A DNA stretch of 31,657 bases from a virus (lineage: Duplodnaviria > Caudoviricetes), in the IMG/VR virus record IMGVR_UViG_3300049182_000073, positions 1-31,657 of that record, one strand, 5' to 3'. This document shows, piece by piece, positions 6,626 through 16,461 of the stretch. Position 1 is the stretch's first letter, and each line of letters starts with the position of its first letter. Made by a program: the position numbers and the translations under genes. The notes below the pieces were generated by a model. The model did not search any database. It was not told the origin of the DNA and saw nothing but the letters and a program-made list of their open reading frames with translations.

Positions 6626-7675
6626 TCAAACAACCGACTCGGCAGCTCTAAACCGAATAATCTCATCACCTATCCACTCATTTAGGTGCTGCAGTCGCGC
6701 CTGGATCGGCTCAAGCTCGTTCATCGCCCAGATCTGCGCGGCCTCCTTGATCGAGCCGAAGCCGCCGGCGTTTTGCGGAACGATGCCCATCAACTGAGGG
6801 GGGATGCGTAGCGCCGCGAGCATGTCATCGCGACTGATGTTTTTGATCGAGCCGAATTCGTCCTTCGCTGCCACCTCGCTGACGGGAATCAGCTGGATAC
6901 CGTCCTTCTTGCCTCCCGGGGCGTACATGAACAGGTTCCGGAAGTTTCCTGGCCCTTTGGCGGACTTCAGCGCGCTGCGCAATGCGGCAACGTCCGTCTC
7001 GTTCTGCGCGGTGTCGGTCATATACATAATGAAACCGGCGTGACTGCCATTGTTGTAGTACTTGCGCCGAAACAAGGTGGCGGACTCGTTGAGCAACGCG
7101 CTTTGCAGTGCCGGCAGCCACTCAGGAAGGCCGTAGATTTCCTGGTTGATGTCCGCTTCCCGCTGGTGGAAAACAGTCCCGCGCTTGAACTCGTGCTCGT
7201 CCCGCCATCCCCGCACCTGGTAATAGGTTTCGAGATCCGCGCCGCGTCTCATGTACTTGCCCAGAACGGGCTGCAGGCCGAGCGCGCCGCGTAGCATGTT
7301 CTCGCGCTTTTCCAGGTAGCCGTTGCCGCACCAGAGGAAGTCCAGGGCGAATTGCTCGAAGGTCTGCCGCGAGAGCAGCTTGTGGGGAATAAACGTGCGG
7401 GCCAGCATGTTGCGCTTGAAGTTCAAGCCCGACTGCAGGAACACGCTGGCGCGTGAAGACTTAGCCAGCCCATCAAGGGACATGGGCGGTTCATACCAAC
7501 GACCGTTCAGCCAGCACTCCAGGTAATCAAGAATCCCCCGCTCGTCGAGCACCGGCGTGGGATCCCCGAAAGTGAAAGCCTCGATCTTGCCGCCGGTTGC
7601 CGGCAGGACCTGACCCTCGGCCGCAGCCGAAGTTGAAGTAGACAATTGAGTAGTTTCGCCGCGGCTGTTGCTCAT
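6626..7675 (-). CDS. Portal protein (P2 gpQ-like)
   Basis: AFTFGDP, DINQEIYGLPEW, LFRRKYYNNGSHAG, KGPGNFRNLF; synteny. Confidence 0.95.
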   Translation of the reverse strand: MSNSRGETTQLSTSTSAAAEGQVLPATGGKIEAFTFGDPTPVLDERGILDYLECWLNGRWYEPPMSLDGLAKSSRASVFLQSGLNFKRNMLARTFIPHKLLSRQTFEQFALDFLWCGNGYLEKRENMLRGALGLQPVLGKYMRRGADLETYYQVRGWRDEHEFKRGTVFHQREADINQEIYGLPEWLPALQSALLNESATLFRRKYYNNGSHAGFIMYMTDTAQNETDVAALRSALKSAKGPGNFRNLFMYAPGGKKDGIQLIPVSEVAAKDEFGSIKNISRDDMLAALRIPPQLMGIVPQNAGGFGSIKEAAQIWAMNELEPIQARLQHLNEWIGDEIIRFRAAESVV

Positions 7676-9435
7676 CAGTAAATCTCCATGAAGCCGGTGT
7701 TCGTTGAGGTTTGGCCCTCAAGCGGTTCGTTCTGCAATGCGTGGAAAAGCGCCCAGGCGAGATCCGCATGCCCGGTCTCGTCGGTGCGGCCCGCCGTATA
7801 GGTGAATTGCCGTCCGCTGGCCGTGATGGTCTTGCGAATCGCCATGAGCGACTGGGCCATGTCGATCCAGCCGGCGTCGAATTCCAAGCGCCCTTTGTGG
7901 ATCACGTCGTAGGCCTTGAGCACCAGGCGCGTCTTGACCTCGGGGGAATAACTGAAAGTGGTTACGTTGGGGAAGAATTGGCGCACCAGCTGGGCCACGC
8001 CAGAGCCCATGCCAGTGATGTCGATGCCGATGTATGTCACCCAGTAGCGCATCGTGACCTGGCGGATCGCCTCGGCCTGAGCAGCGAAGTCCATCCCCCG
8101 GAACTGGTGACGCTCAAGCACACGGAATTTGCCACCTGGAACAGTTGGCGGGGCCACGACCACCAGGCCGGAGCTGTCGCCGGTTTCCGCAGGGTCGTAG
8201 CCGATCCACACCTGCCGATCGGCGAACGGCCGTGCTGCGAAGGGTTTGTAGTCCTCGGACCACTCAACCCAGCTATCGACCATGCAGGGCTGCAAGACGT
8301 TGAGCGGGAAGATGCTCGCGCCGTCGTCGACGAACTGGCACATCAGCAGGTTTGCGAAGGCGTCCGCGTTGTACTCGAGGCGGAGCTCCTCCAGGTCAAA
8401 CAGATCACAGCCGCGCTGTTCGGCATCCAGGATGGTGACGATCTGGCGCCAGATCCGGTCCTCGCACAACCTGCCCTGCTGCAGCGCATCGTGAGAAACG
8501 TCGAGCTTAAGTCGCTGGGCCACCGGCTTGCCCTTGTTGAAGCGCTCGCCTGTCCAGAACGTGTACGCCTCATGCGCCATGCTCGATGGCGTGGAAAAGT
8601 AGGTGCGACGGTATTGCTTCTGCATCGCCATGCCGCTGGCGACTTTGTTCAGCTCGTTGAACTTGAAGGTCCAGAAGAATTCGTCGAAGTAAAAATTACC
8701 GTGGTAACCCTGAGCGGTTCGGGCGTTGGTACCGAGGAAATGCAGTTCGGCGCCGTTCGCCAAAATGATTGGGTCACCGGTGAGCTCGACGCCGCAAACT
8801 TCGCGGGCGAATCCTTGGATGTATGCCTTGAAAATGTGCGCCTGGTTTTTCGACGCTGACAGGAAAATCTGGTTTCGCCCGGTGACCAGGGCGTCGAGGA
8901 ACGCCTCGCGGGCAAAGTAATAGGTGGCGCCGATCTGCCGGCTTTTCAGAATTGCCCTGGTGCGCTGGTTGCCCGCCCGGTACCAATCCAGCTGATAGCC
9001 GAAGCATCCGTCTTTGAACGCCTCAGTCAGCTGCTCGATCTGCTCCTCGCTGAATTCGTTGCGAGCCGCTTTTTTCTTGGGACCTTCGTTGCGCTTGGCC
9101 AGGTTGGGGTTCAGATCAGTGTCGGTACCGCCAGCCTTGTATCGCTCGATCCGGGCCTGCCGTTCCAGCTGACGGTGCAATAGATCGATTTCCTTGAAGT
9201 CACCGCCGGTCTTGCCTTCCTTCAGGATCAACTGCACCAGGCGCGCTTCCAGCGCCCCGCCGATTCGCTCGACGTTGTCGGCTCTATCCCATTCATCACG
9301 CGTTTTCCACGCATGAACGGTTTTTTCCTTTTCACCCAGCATTTCTGCAATCGCGCAGATCCGCAGGCCAGTCCAATAGAGGAACTTGGCCTGACGGCGG
9401 TTATCGCGGATGGGAGTGGCTTCGGTTGTAGTCAT
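7675..9435 (-). CDS. Terminase ATPase subunit (P2 gpP-like)
   Basis: LKSRQIGAT, YFDEFFW, IGYDPA, GHADLAWA. Confidence 0.96.
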   Translation of the reverse strand: MTTTEATPIRDNRRQAKFLYWTGLRICAIAEMLGEKEKTVHAWKTRDEWDRADNVERIGGALEARLVQLILKEGKTGGDFKEIDLLHRQLERQARIERYKAGGTDTDLNPNLAKRNEGPKKKAARNEFSEEQIEQLTEAFKDGCFGYQLDWYRAGNQRTRAILKSRQIGATYYFAREAFLDALVTGRNQIFLSASKNQAHIFKAYIQGFAREVCGVELTGDPIILANGAELHFLGTNARTAQGYHGNFYFDEFFWTFKFNELNKVASGMAMQKQYRRTYFSTPSSMAHEAYTFWTGERFNKGKPVAQRLKLDVSHDALQQGRLCEDRIWRQIVTILDAEQRGCDLFDLEELRLEYNADAFANLLMCQFVDDGASIFPLNVLQPCMVDSWVEWSEDYKPFAARPFADRQVWIGYDPAETGDSSGLVVVAPPTVPGGKFRVLERHQFRGMDFAAQAEAIRQVTMRYWVTYIGIDITGMGSGVAQLVRQFFPNVTTFSYSPEVKTRLVLKAYDVIHKGRLEFDAGWIDMAQSLMAIRKTITASGRQFTYTAGRTDETGHADLAWALFHALQNEPLEGQTSTNTGFMEIY

Positions 9436-9483
9436 GGCGGCGATGCTGACGCCTCGCGCGCGTGAAGGCGTAGCGATGTGCCA

Positions 9484-9502
9484 TGTAGCTCAAGGACTTA
9501 CA
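9484..9502. promoter_or_regulatory. Putative Ogr-family activator site between divergent P and O
   Basis: TGT-N13-ACA; same spacing recurs upstream of V and FI. Confidence 0.7.
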
Positions 9503-9592
9503 ACTGCCACTGATTGCCCGGAATCACGCGACTGCCGAGGATGTACCTCAACGTAACTGCACTCAGCAGCACAGCTTTGAGGGATACCCGAC

Positions 9593-10423
9593 ATGAAGAA
9601 ATTTCGCAGCAACTGGTTCCGTGTCGCCGTTGAGGGCGCTACTTCGGACAAGCGCACGATCAAGCGCAGCTGGCTGGAACAGGCTGCCAAAAATTTCAAT
9701 CCGAACACCTATGGCGCTCGGGTCTGGCTGGAGCATTTCCGCAGCTTGCTGCCTGACGGGCCGTTCAAAGCCTACGGCGACGTGACGGCAGTCAAGGCCG
9801 AAGAAGTGGACATCAATGGCCAGACCAAACTGGCCCTCTTCGCTCAGATTGAGCCAACGGCTGACCTGATCGCCTTGAACAAGGCGAAACAGAAGATTTA
9901 CACGTCCATTGAAATCGACGACAGCTTTTCCGACACCGGCGAAGCCTACATCGTCGGTCTCGCTGTAACCGACTCCCCGGCCAGTCTCGGTACCGATGTC
10001 CTCGCGTTCTCTGCTCAGAAACCTGAATCCAGTCCGTTCAAAGACCGCCACTACTCGGCGACTTCGATGTTTACCGAAGCGCTGGAAGCTGACCTGACGT
10101 TCGAAGAAATCGAGGACAAGCCCGGTCTCGGCGCCCAGCTCTTCAGCAAGGTTCAAGCGCTGCTCTCTGGCAAGCAGGCCAGGGATGACGGCGAGTTCGC
10201 CCAGATCAGCCAGGCCGTCGAAGCTGTCGCAGAACACGTCAAGGACCTGCCCGACCAATTGGCGGCGGAGAAAAAATTCTCCGCAGACCTGAAAACCAGC
10301 GTGGACAAGCTCAGTACTGACTTCAACGAACTGATCACGCGACTGGGCGAGACCCAGGACCACAGCCAAACCCAACGGCCAGCGGCGACTGGCGGCGAAG
10401 GCGCCGTCCTGACTGCCTATTAA
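9593..10423 (+). CDS. Capsid scaffolding protein/protease (gpO-like)
   Basis: FRVAVEGATSDKR, YGARVWLEH, GLAVTDSPASLGT. Confidence 0.94.
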   Translation: MKKFRSNWFRVAVEGATSDKRTIKRSWLEQAAKNFNPNTYGARVWLEHFRSLLPDGPFKAYGDVTAVKAEEVDINGQTKLALFAQIEPTADLIALNKAKQKIYTSIEIDDSFSDTGEAYIVGLAVTDSPASLGTDVLAFSAQKPESSPFKDRHYSATSMFTEALEADLTFEEIEDKPGLGAQLFSKVQALLSGKQARDDGEFAQISQAVEAVAEHVKDLPDQLAAEKKFSADLKTSVDKLSTDFNELITRLGETQDHSQTQRPAATGGEGAVLTAY

Positions 10424-10460
10424 TTCAGTCGGCCCCTTACACGCTCCACAGGAGAACACC

Positions 10461-11465
10461 ATGCGTAACGAAACACGGATCGCCTTCAACGGCTTCACTA
10501 AACAGGTTGCAGCGCTCAACGCGGTTCCGTCGGTGGCTGAAAAATTCACCGTCACCCCTTCTGTACAGCAGAAGCTGGAAACAGCCATCCAGGAGTCCAG
10601 CGCCTTCCTGAAAAAAATCAACGTCCTGGGCGTCGACGAGAAGGACGGCGAGGCGGTGATCCTGGGCGTGGGCTCGACCATCGCCGGCCGGACGGACACC
10701 AGCCAGGCTGCCCGCAATCCTCGCGGCGTGAGCTCGCTCAAGAACGACACCTACAGCTGCAAAAAGACAGACTTCGATACCGCAATTCCCTATGCACTGC
10801 TGGATGCCTGGGCGAAGTTTCCGGATTTCCAGGCTCGCCTGTCCGGCGCGATCGTCGAGCGCCAGGCTCTCGACCGGATCATGATCGGCTTCAACGGCAC
10901 CAGCGCTGCGGCGACCACCGATCGCGCAACCAACCCGCTGCTCCAGGACGTGAACGTCGGCTGGCTGGAGAAATACCGCACCAAAGCCCCAGAGCGTGTA
11001 CTGAGCAGCGGCAAGGTTGCCGGCAAGGTCACTATTGGCCCTACCGGCGACTACAAGACCCTGGACGGTCTGGTATACGACGCTATCCAGTTGCTGGACC
11101 CATGGCATCGCAAACGCCCCGACCTGGTCGTCCTGGTCGATCGCAACCTGCTGCACGCGAAGTTCCTGGCCAACATCGAAGGCGCGGCCGACAACGAGAA
11201 CGAGCTGGCAGCTGCGCGGATCATTGCCAACGGCACCCTGGGCGGTTTGCCGATCGAGGACGCGCCGTTCTTCATCGACGGCGGCATCATGATCACCACG
11301 CTGAAGAACCTTTCGATTTACTTCCAAATCAGCAGCCGTCGCCGCATGACCAAGGACGAGCCGGAGCGCGATCGCATCGCCGATTATCAATCGTCGAACG
11401 AAGACTACGTTATCGAAGACTTCGGTCTCGGTGCCCTGGTCGAAAACATCGAAGAGGCCGCGTAA
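10461..11465 (+). CDS. Major capsid protein (gpN-like)
   Basis: MRNETR, ALDRIMIGFNG, NPLLQDVNVGWL, YQSSNEDYVIED. Confidence 0.96.
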   Translation: MRNETRIAFNGFTKQVAALNAVPSVAEKFTVTPSVQQKLETAIQESSAFLKKINVLGVDEKDGEAVILGVGSTIAGRTDTSQAARNPRGVSSLKNDTYSCKKTDFDTAIPYALLDAWAKFPDFQARLSGAIVERQALDRIMIGFNGTSAAATTDRATNPLLQDVNVGWLEKYRTKAPERVLSSGKVAGKVTIGPTGDYKTLDGLVYDAIQLLDPWHRKRPDLVVLVDRNLLHAKFLANIEGAADNENELAAARIIANGTLGGLPIEDAPFFIDGGIMITTLKNLSIYFQISSRRRMTKDEPERDRIADYQSSNEDYVIEDFGLGALVENIEEAA

Positions 11466-11467
11466 CC

Positions 11468-12172
11468 ATGGCCCTCTCGCTCGCCCAACGTCACCGGCTG
11501 CAAGTGCTTGCCTCGCAAGAGGCTGCCGCTGCGTCGCCCGCCGTTTCCATGGCGGGCGGGACGGCCTACGAAATGCAGTTGGCCCAGCTGCTGCAGGACC
11601 GTCTGCGCCTGAAGCAAATCCAGTCGAACGAAGGCAAAGCCGCGCTCAAGTTGCAGCTTCTGCCGGCGTATGTGCCTTACGTCGATGGGGTTCTGGCTGC
11701 GGGCAACGGCGCCCAGGACGAAGTACTCACCACGATCATGATCTGGCGCGTGGATGCTGGTGATTACACCGGCGCGCTCGATATCGCCGCGTATGTGTTG
11801 CAGCACAACCTGCTGATGCCTGATCGCTTTGAACGTACCACCGGCTGCCTGGTAGCGGAGGAAATCGCAGAGGGAGCGCTGATTTCCCAAAAGACCGGTG
11901 GAAGCTTCGACCTGGCGATTCTGCATCGGACCATGGAGCTGACCGCCGAAGAGGACATGCCGGACGAAGTCAGGGCCAAGCTCTACCTGGCCACGGGACG
12001 CGCCACGGTGGCCGGCCTGACAGTCGATAACCCTGGCCAACCTGGCCAGGTAATGGCCGGTATCGAGCTGCTGAAACGGGCGATCGAGCTCAACAGCAGC
12101 TGCGGCGGCAAAAAGGACCTGGAAGGCGCTGAGCGCCTCCTGAAAAAGATTGCTCCCCCACCTGGGAGCTGA
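11468..12172 (+). CDS. Terminase endonuclease/small subunit (gpM-like)
   Basis: Start MALSLAQRH at 11468; QDEVLTTIMIWRVDAGD, DMPDEVRAKL, GGKKDLE. Confidence 0.92.
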   Translation: MALSLAQRHRLQVLASQEAAAASPAVSMAGGTAYEMQLAQLLQDRLRLKQIQSNEGKAALKLQLLPAYVPYVDGVLAAGNGAQDEVLTTIMIWRVDAGDYTGALDIAAYVLQHNLLMPDRFERTTGCLVAEEIAEGALISQKTGGSFDLAILHRTMELTAEEDMPDEVRAKLYLATGRATVAGLTVDNPGQPGQVMAGIELLKRAIELNSSCGGKKDLEGAERLLKKIAPPPGS

Positions 12173-12271
12173 ACGAGCGTACCCCGCAACCCCGGCGGCC
12201 CGGGGCTGAACAGCAGGTTATCTCCTTTCCTTGCTGTGACGCCCCGGCCACCGCCGACTTAGGGCCGAACC

Positions 12272-12736
12272 ATGAGCGGATTTATTGCCACAGGCAGCAC
12301 CGACGAACCCTTCGTCATCACCAACGACGGATTCTGGCCTGACATCGATGTCGTCCACCTGCGCGAATCTATTCGATTGGACGGCAGCATCACAGACGCA
12401 CGCATCGAAGTCGTGACCGTCAACGCATTGATCCAGGTGAACGGCGAGCTGGCCAGCGTGAAGCTGAAGCACGAAGCCGACGGGTACAGCACCATCGCGG
12501 ATGTGCCCGCACCGAAAATTAAGGGTGAAAGCAACTTCATCCACCTGTACCGCCGCTCGATCTATTGCAGCGTCGGCGCCGAGCTCGCTGAACGTTATCG
12601 CAGCTACGACACCAGCGTCGAAGGCAACAAGAACGCCGACGAGCTGACTCCATCGGTCGATGAATACCGCCGCGATGCCCGGTTCGCTATCCGGGATCTA
12701 TTGGGCGTCGGTCACTCCACCGTGGAACTCATCTGA
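12272..12736 (+). CDS. Head completion protein (gpL-like)
   Basis: NDGFWPDID, RYRSYDT, terminal TVELI. Confidence 0.92.
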   Translation: MSGFIATGSTDEPFVITNDGFWPDIDVVHLRESIRLDGSITDARIEVVTVNALIQVNGELASVKLKHEADGYSTIADVPAPKIKGESNFIHLYRRSIYCSVGAELAERYRSYDTSVEGNKNADELTPSVDEYRRDARFAIRDLLGVGHSTVELI

Positions 12737-12948
12737 TGGTGGCCTCTGTGTATGCCGCTCAAGGCGACACCGTCGACGCCATTTGCTGGCGAATCTACGG
12801 TCGCACCGCCGGCATCACGGAGGCAGTGCTCGAGGCGAATCCGGGGCTATCGGAGCTCGGCACGATCATCCCGCACGGCACCTTGGTGGCTTTGCCGGAT
12901 ATCGCGCCCCAGGCCCCGGAACTGCAAATGGTGAACCTATGGGATTAA
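12736..12948 (+). CDS. Tail protein X (LysM-like)
   Basis: QGDTVDAICWRIYG, VLEANPGL, VNLWD. Confidence 0.92.
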   Translation: MVASVYAAQGDTVDAICWRIYGRTAGITEAVLEANPGLSELGTIIPHGTLVALPDIAPQAPELQMVNLWD

Positions 12949-13010
12949 GTCACCGAACCGAAGAACCAGAAATTTCATCACCTTTAACCTTGGACAGCGG
13001 AATCACGCGC

Positions 13011-13325
13011 ATGCCTGACAAACCGGATACATGGGCCTGGTTAGCTGCCTGGCTCGAACAGAACTGGCCTGCCTTCTACGCCGGCGGACTTGCGTGCGTG
13101 ATCGCCGCTCTGCGGATCATCTACGGTGGCGGCACCTGGCGCCGGGTTCTACTTGAGGCCCCGCTGTGCGGCGCGCTCGCCCTTTCGGCAAGCCATGGGC
13201 TTTTTCTGCTGGGCATTCCCGCAACCACCGGTCCGTTCTTCGGCGGTGTTATCGGGCTGCTCGGCGTCGAGGGGACCCGCGCACTGGCCAAGCAATTCTT
13301 CAACCGCAAGGTGGATCAGCTATGA
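13011..13325 (+). CDS. Holin (lambda-family-like, about 3 TM segments)
   Basis: Start MPDKPDTW; hydrophobic segments; GGVIGLLGVE; directly upstream of the endolysin. Confidence 0.88.
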   Translation: MPDKPDTWAWLAAWLEQNWPAFYAGGLACVIAALRIIYGGGTWRRVLLEAPLCGALALSASHGLFLLGIPATTGPFFGGVIGLLGVEGTRALAKQFFNRKVDQL

Positions 13326-14161
13326 GTGTTTTGCGCCACGGCGATCGCGGGCAAGAGGTCCGCACCCTACAACAGCGCCTTAACCTGCAGGGCGCCGGCC
13401 TGGATCCGGACGGCGATTTCGGTGACGCGACCGAGGCTGCGGTGCGCAATTACCAGCGTAAGGTTGGGTTGGTAATTGATGGTATTGCGGGCTCGAAAAC
13501 CGCCCTGGCGCTGGCAGGCGCGGATTGTTCGGGCCTGCTGCAGCACTCGCTCTTGGTGACCGCTGCCACCCGCCTGGGTGTTGAGCTCGCGGCGATCATG
13601 GCTGTCAACGAAGTCGAAAGCCAAGGCAGCGGATTCCTGGATAACGGCAAGCCGAAGATCCTGTTCGAGCGCCACATCATGTATCGCCAACTCAGCGCAG
13701 CGCGCACACCTGGTGATGACGCCGCTGAGTTGAAAGCCCATGCCGACCAGCTATCTGTGGCCCAACCCAACCTGGTCAATCCAAAACCAGGCGGTTATGC
13801 CGGCGGAACAGCAGAGCATCAGCGCTTGGCGAACGCACGACTTATCGATGACCTGTGCGCCTTAGAGTCGGCCAGTTGGGGCGCATTTCAGGTGATGGGG
13901 TATCACGCCGTGCGCCTCGGATACGAGAGCGTGACGGACTTTGCAGCTCGAATGGCGCGTAACGAGGACGAGCAGTTCGAAGCGTTCGTGCGATTCATCG
14001 AAGCTGACCCGGCGTTGCTAAAAGCGCTGAAAGGCAAGAAATGGACGGCTTTCGCCAAGGCCTACAACGGCCCCAACTACGCCCGCAACCTGTACGACAC
14101 CAAGCTGGAGCGCGCCTATGAGCGTCACGCTGCAGGCTGCACTGTTACGGAGGCCGCATGA
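13322..14161 (+). CDS. Modular endolysin: PG-binding domain + DUF3380-type N-acetylmuramidase
   Basis: LRHGDRG...DGDFG...DGIAG; VESQG, ILFERH, SASWGAFQVMG, FAKAYNGP. Confidence 0.93.
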   Translation: MSVLRHGDRGQEVRTLQQRLNLQGAGLDPDGDFGDATEAAVRNYQRKVGLVIDGIAGSKTALALAGADCSGLLQHSLLVTAATRLGVELAAIMAVNEVESQGSGFLDNGKPKILFERHIMYRQLSAARTPGDDAAELKAHADQLSVAQPNLVNPKPGGYAGGTAEHQRLANARLIDDLCALESASWGAFQVMGYHAVRLGYESVTDFAARMARNEDEQFEAFVRFIEADPALLKALKGKKWTAFAKAYNGPNYARNLYDTKLERAYERHAAGCTVTEAA

Positions 14162-14364
14162 TTGATCATGAACAGATCCGCAAATTCAGCCCTGTAGACG
14201 GTGATGTTTTCGTGGTGCCAGAGGACACGCCGATTGAGCTTACGCAGGAGCTGGCAGAGGCGATCGCCGTCGCAAGCCCAGGCGTTAAAGCCGTGGTATT
14301 CCGAGGCGATTTACACCGGCTACCAATAGCAGAGATGAATGCCGCAGGCTGGTACCGCGCATGA
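14158..14364 (+). CDS. Hypothetical 68-aa protein in the lysis cassette
   Basis: SD GGAGG; ATGA overlaps with both neighbours. Confidence 0.75.
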   Translation: MIDHEQIRKFSPVDGDVFVVPEDTPIELTQELAEAIAVASPGVKAVVFRGDLHRLPIAEMNAAGWYRA

Positions 14365-14798
14365 GCACGCTGCGCCAGGCGCTCTACGGACTCGCCTTGC
14401 TCGCCTCGATCGCGCTTCTTATCTGGGGCCAGTCTCAGCGGATCGAGGCCGCTGATATGAGGGCCGAGCTGGCCAATCAAGCGGCGTCTACGGCCCGCGA
14501 TCGAGCAACGCGCAGCGAGGAGACAGCCGCGCAGCTCCAAAAGACCTTGCAGGAGGAACGGGCCGCTCAGTCCAAATTGCGCGGCGTGCAAGATCAACTG
14601 CGCCAGGGGCTCGCCGCCCGACAACGAACGATTGAGGAGTTGAAACGTGAGAATGCCGAACTTCGCCTTTGGGCTGACCAGCCTCTGCCTGACGCTGCTC
14701 GTCGGATGCGCCAGCGCCCCGCCATCACCGGAGCCGCTGCTTATCGCGACTGGTTGTCCGGCCGTGGTGCCCTGCACCTTGTCGGCGACCAACCCTGA
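14361..14798 (+). CDS. lysB: LysB/Rz-like inner-membrane spanin
   Basis: N-terminal TM, coiled coil, WADQPLP motif. Confidence 0.88.
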   Translation: MSTLRQALYGLALLASIALLIWGQSQRIEAADMRAELANQAASTARDRATRSEETAAQLQKTLQEERAAQSKLRGVQDQLRQGLAARQRTIEELKRENAELRLWADQPLPDAARRMRQRPAITGAAAYRDWLSGRGALHLVGDQP

Positions 14799-14913
14799 CA
14801 AGAACGGCGCCCTGCTCAACGACCAGGAGGCCACGGAAAGCGATTGGGCCCAATGCGCTGCACAGGTCGATATGGTGTACCAGCATCAGCAGGCGAAGGC
14901 AGGCGAACAGTGA
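14653..14913 (+). CDS. lysC: LysC/Rz1-like outer-membrane spanin lipoprotein overlapping lysB
   Basis: Lipobox LVGC, CPAVVPC, WAQCAAQVD. Confidence 0.85.
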   Translation: MPNFAFGLTSLCLTLLVGCASAPPSPEPLLIATGCPAVVPCTLSATNPDKNGALLNDQEATESDWAQCAAQVDMVYQHQQAKAGEQ

Positions 14914-15392
14914 ACAAACCAGAATCGCTACGTGCCCACCTGCTCGCCTCGGTACCGGAGTTAAAGAAAAACCCCGACCGCCTTATGGTGTTCATTGATA
15001 ACGGCACCATGCGCAGCACCGCTGCCCTTGGGCTGTCCTTCGAATACAGCTACACGCTGAACCTGATTTTCACCGATTACGCCGGCCACCCCGACGCAAT
15101 CGCCATCCCGCTATTCGCCTGGATCCTGATAAATCAGCGAGAGCTGATGGAGAACCTCGAACGCGGCAAAACTGCCGTGACGTTCGAAGCCGATATCCTG
15201 GATAACAGCAAGGTCGACCTGTCTATCAAATTGCCGCTCACTGAGCGCGTGATCGTCAAGCGCGAGGACGATGGCCACCTGACTGTCAGCCACCCGCCAG
15301 AGCCAGTTGTCGACGTGGACCCGTTCACCATACCCGGGCTTGAAATGCGGACCCCAGATGGCGACCTCATTGCCCGATGGGGTACGCCATGA
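14910..15392 (+). CDS. Tail completion protein (gpR-like)
   Basis: GTG start, NKPESLR, SFEYSYTL, LPLTERVIV. Confidence 0.9.
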   Translation: MNKPESLRAHLLASVPELKKNPDRLMVFIDNGTMRSTAALGLSFEYSYTLNLIFTDYAGHPDAIAIPLFAWILINQRELMENLERGKTAVTFEADILDNSKVDLSIKLPLTERVIVKREDDGHLTVSHPPEPVVDVDPFTIPGLEMRTPDGDLIARWGTP

Positions 15393-15841
15393 GCAACGAC
15401 CTTCAGGTCCTGGAGACATGGGTCGCCGCGTTGCTGGCCAAGCTGGACGAGGGCGAGCGCCGCAAGCTCCTGGGCGCCGTTGCCCGGGATCTGCGCCGTA
15501 GCCAGTCCAAGCGCATCACGACACAGCGTAATCCGGACGGTTCTGCCTTCGCACCACGCAAACCGAAGGATCTGCGCGGAAAAAAGGGCCGGATCAAAGG
15601 CAGGATGTTCACGAAGCTGAAATCGGCCCGTTACATGCGTACCCAAAGCACAGCGAACGGCTTGTCGGTCGGGTTTGTTGGGCGTGTGAGCCGCATTGCC
15701 CGGGTTCACCAGTACGGCCTGAAGGATCGACCGGAGCGCGGTCAAGCCGACGTTCAATACGAGGCACGCCAGTTGCTGGGATTCAGCGGTGATGAGCTGG
15801 AAAACATCCGGAATATGCTAATCGACCACCTCACCGGCTGA
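15389..15841 (+). CDS. Virion morphogenesis/tail completion protein (gpS-like)
   Basis: QRNPDGSAFAPRK, RIARVHQYG, RQLLGFS. Confidence 0.9.
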   Translation: MSNDLQVLETWVAALLAKLDEGERRKLLGAVARDLRRSQSKRITTQRNPDGSAFAPRKPKDLRGKKGRIKGRMFTKLKSARYMRTQSTANGLSVGFVGRVSRIARVHQYGLKDRPERGQADVQYEARQLLGFSGDELENIRNMLIDHLTG

Positions 15842-15849
15842 CCCCTTCC

Positions 15850-15868
15850 TGTACGCAGCCGCGCTACA
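15850..15868 (+). promoter_or_regulatory. Putative Ogr-family activator site upstream of V
   Basis: TGT-N13-ACA. Confidence 0.7.
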
Positions 15869-15915
15869 GCCCTCCGCCGATGCAGCTCGCACGCGCGACC
15901 TGCAACATCGGCGGC

Positions 15916-16461
15916 ATGGACTCTCTTACTGAACTGACCCGACGCCTTGAAAACCTGATCCGTGCCGGCACCATCGCCGAGCTCGATCCGGTGAAACCAC
16001 GTTGCCGCGTGAAAACTGGTGGTCTGCTGACCGGGTGGCTGCCGTTCTTTGCCCTGCGGGCCGGGGAGGACAGCGACTGGGATCCGCCCAGCATCGAGGA
16101 GCAGTGCCTGGTTCTTTCTCCTTCCGGCAACCCGGCGCATGGCTTCGTCATCTTCGGTCTATACAGCGATCGTTTCCCGGCTCCGGACAACGTGCCGACC
16201 CGGCGCCGGCGTCGGTACCGCGACGGTGCCGTTGTCGACTATGACACCGAGAGCCACACCCTGACGGCCACGTTGCCTGAGGGCGGCAAAGCCAATCTCA
16301 TCGCACCAGGTGGTGTTCATGTCACCGGTGACGTCGTGATTGATGGTCTTTTGACCGTGACCCAGGACGTCGTGGCCGGCGATCAGCAAATCAGCCTGGT
16401 CAACCACCGCACCTCGGGCGTAATGCGTGGCAACGCGCTTTCCGACGGCCCTGTTCCATGA
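15916..16461 (+). CDS. Baseplate spike (gpV-like)
   Basis: RRLENLIRAGTI, WDPPSIEEQ, SLVNHRTSGV. Confidence 0.92.
   Translation: MDSLTELTRRLENLIRAGTIAELDPVKPRCRVKTGGLLTGWLPFFALRAGEDSDWDPPSIEEQCLVLSPSGNPAHGFVIFGLYSDRFPAPDNVPTRRRRRYRDGAVVDYDTESHTLTATLPEGGKANLIAPGGVHVTGDVVIDGLLTVTQDVVAGDQQISLVNHRTSGVMRGNALSDGPVP

Noticed and set aside
11102-11467. Upstream extensions of gpM (and similarly holin, endolysin, R, V, I, repressor) in the ORF track
   Set aside because: They overlap upstream genes or promoters; conserved N-termini and coupling indicate later starts.
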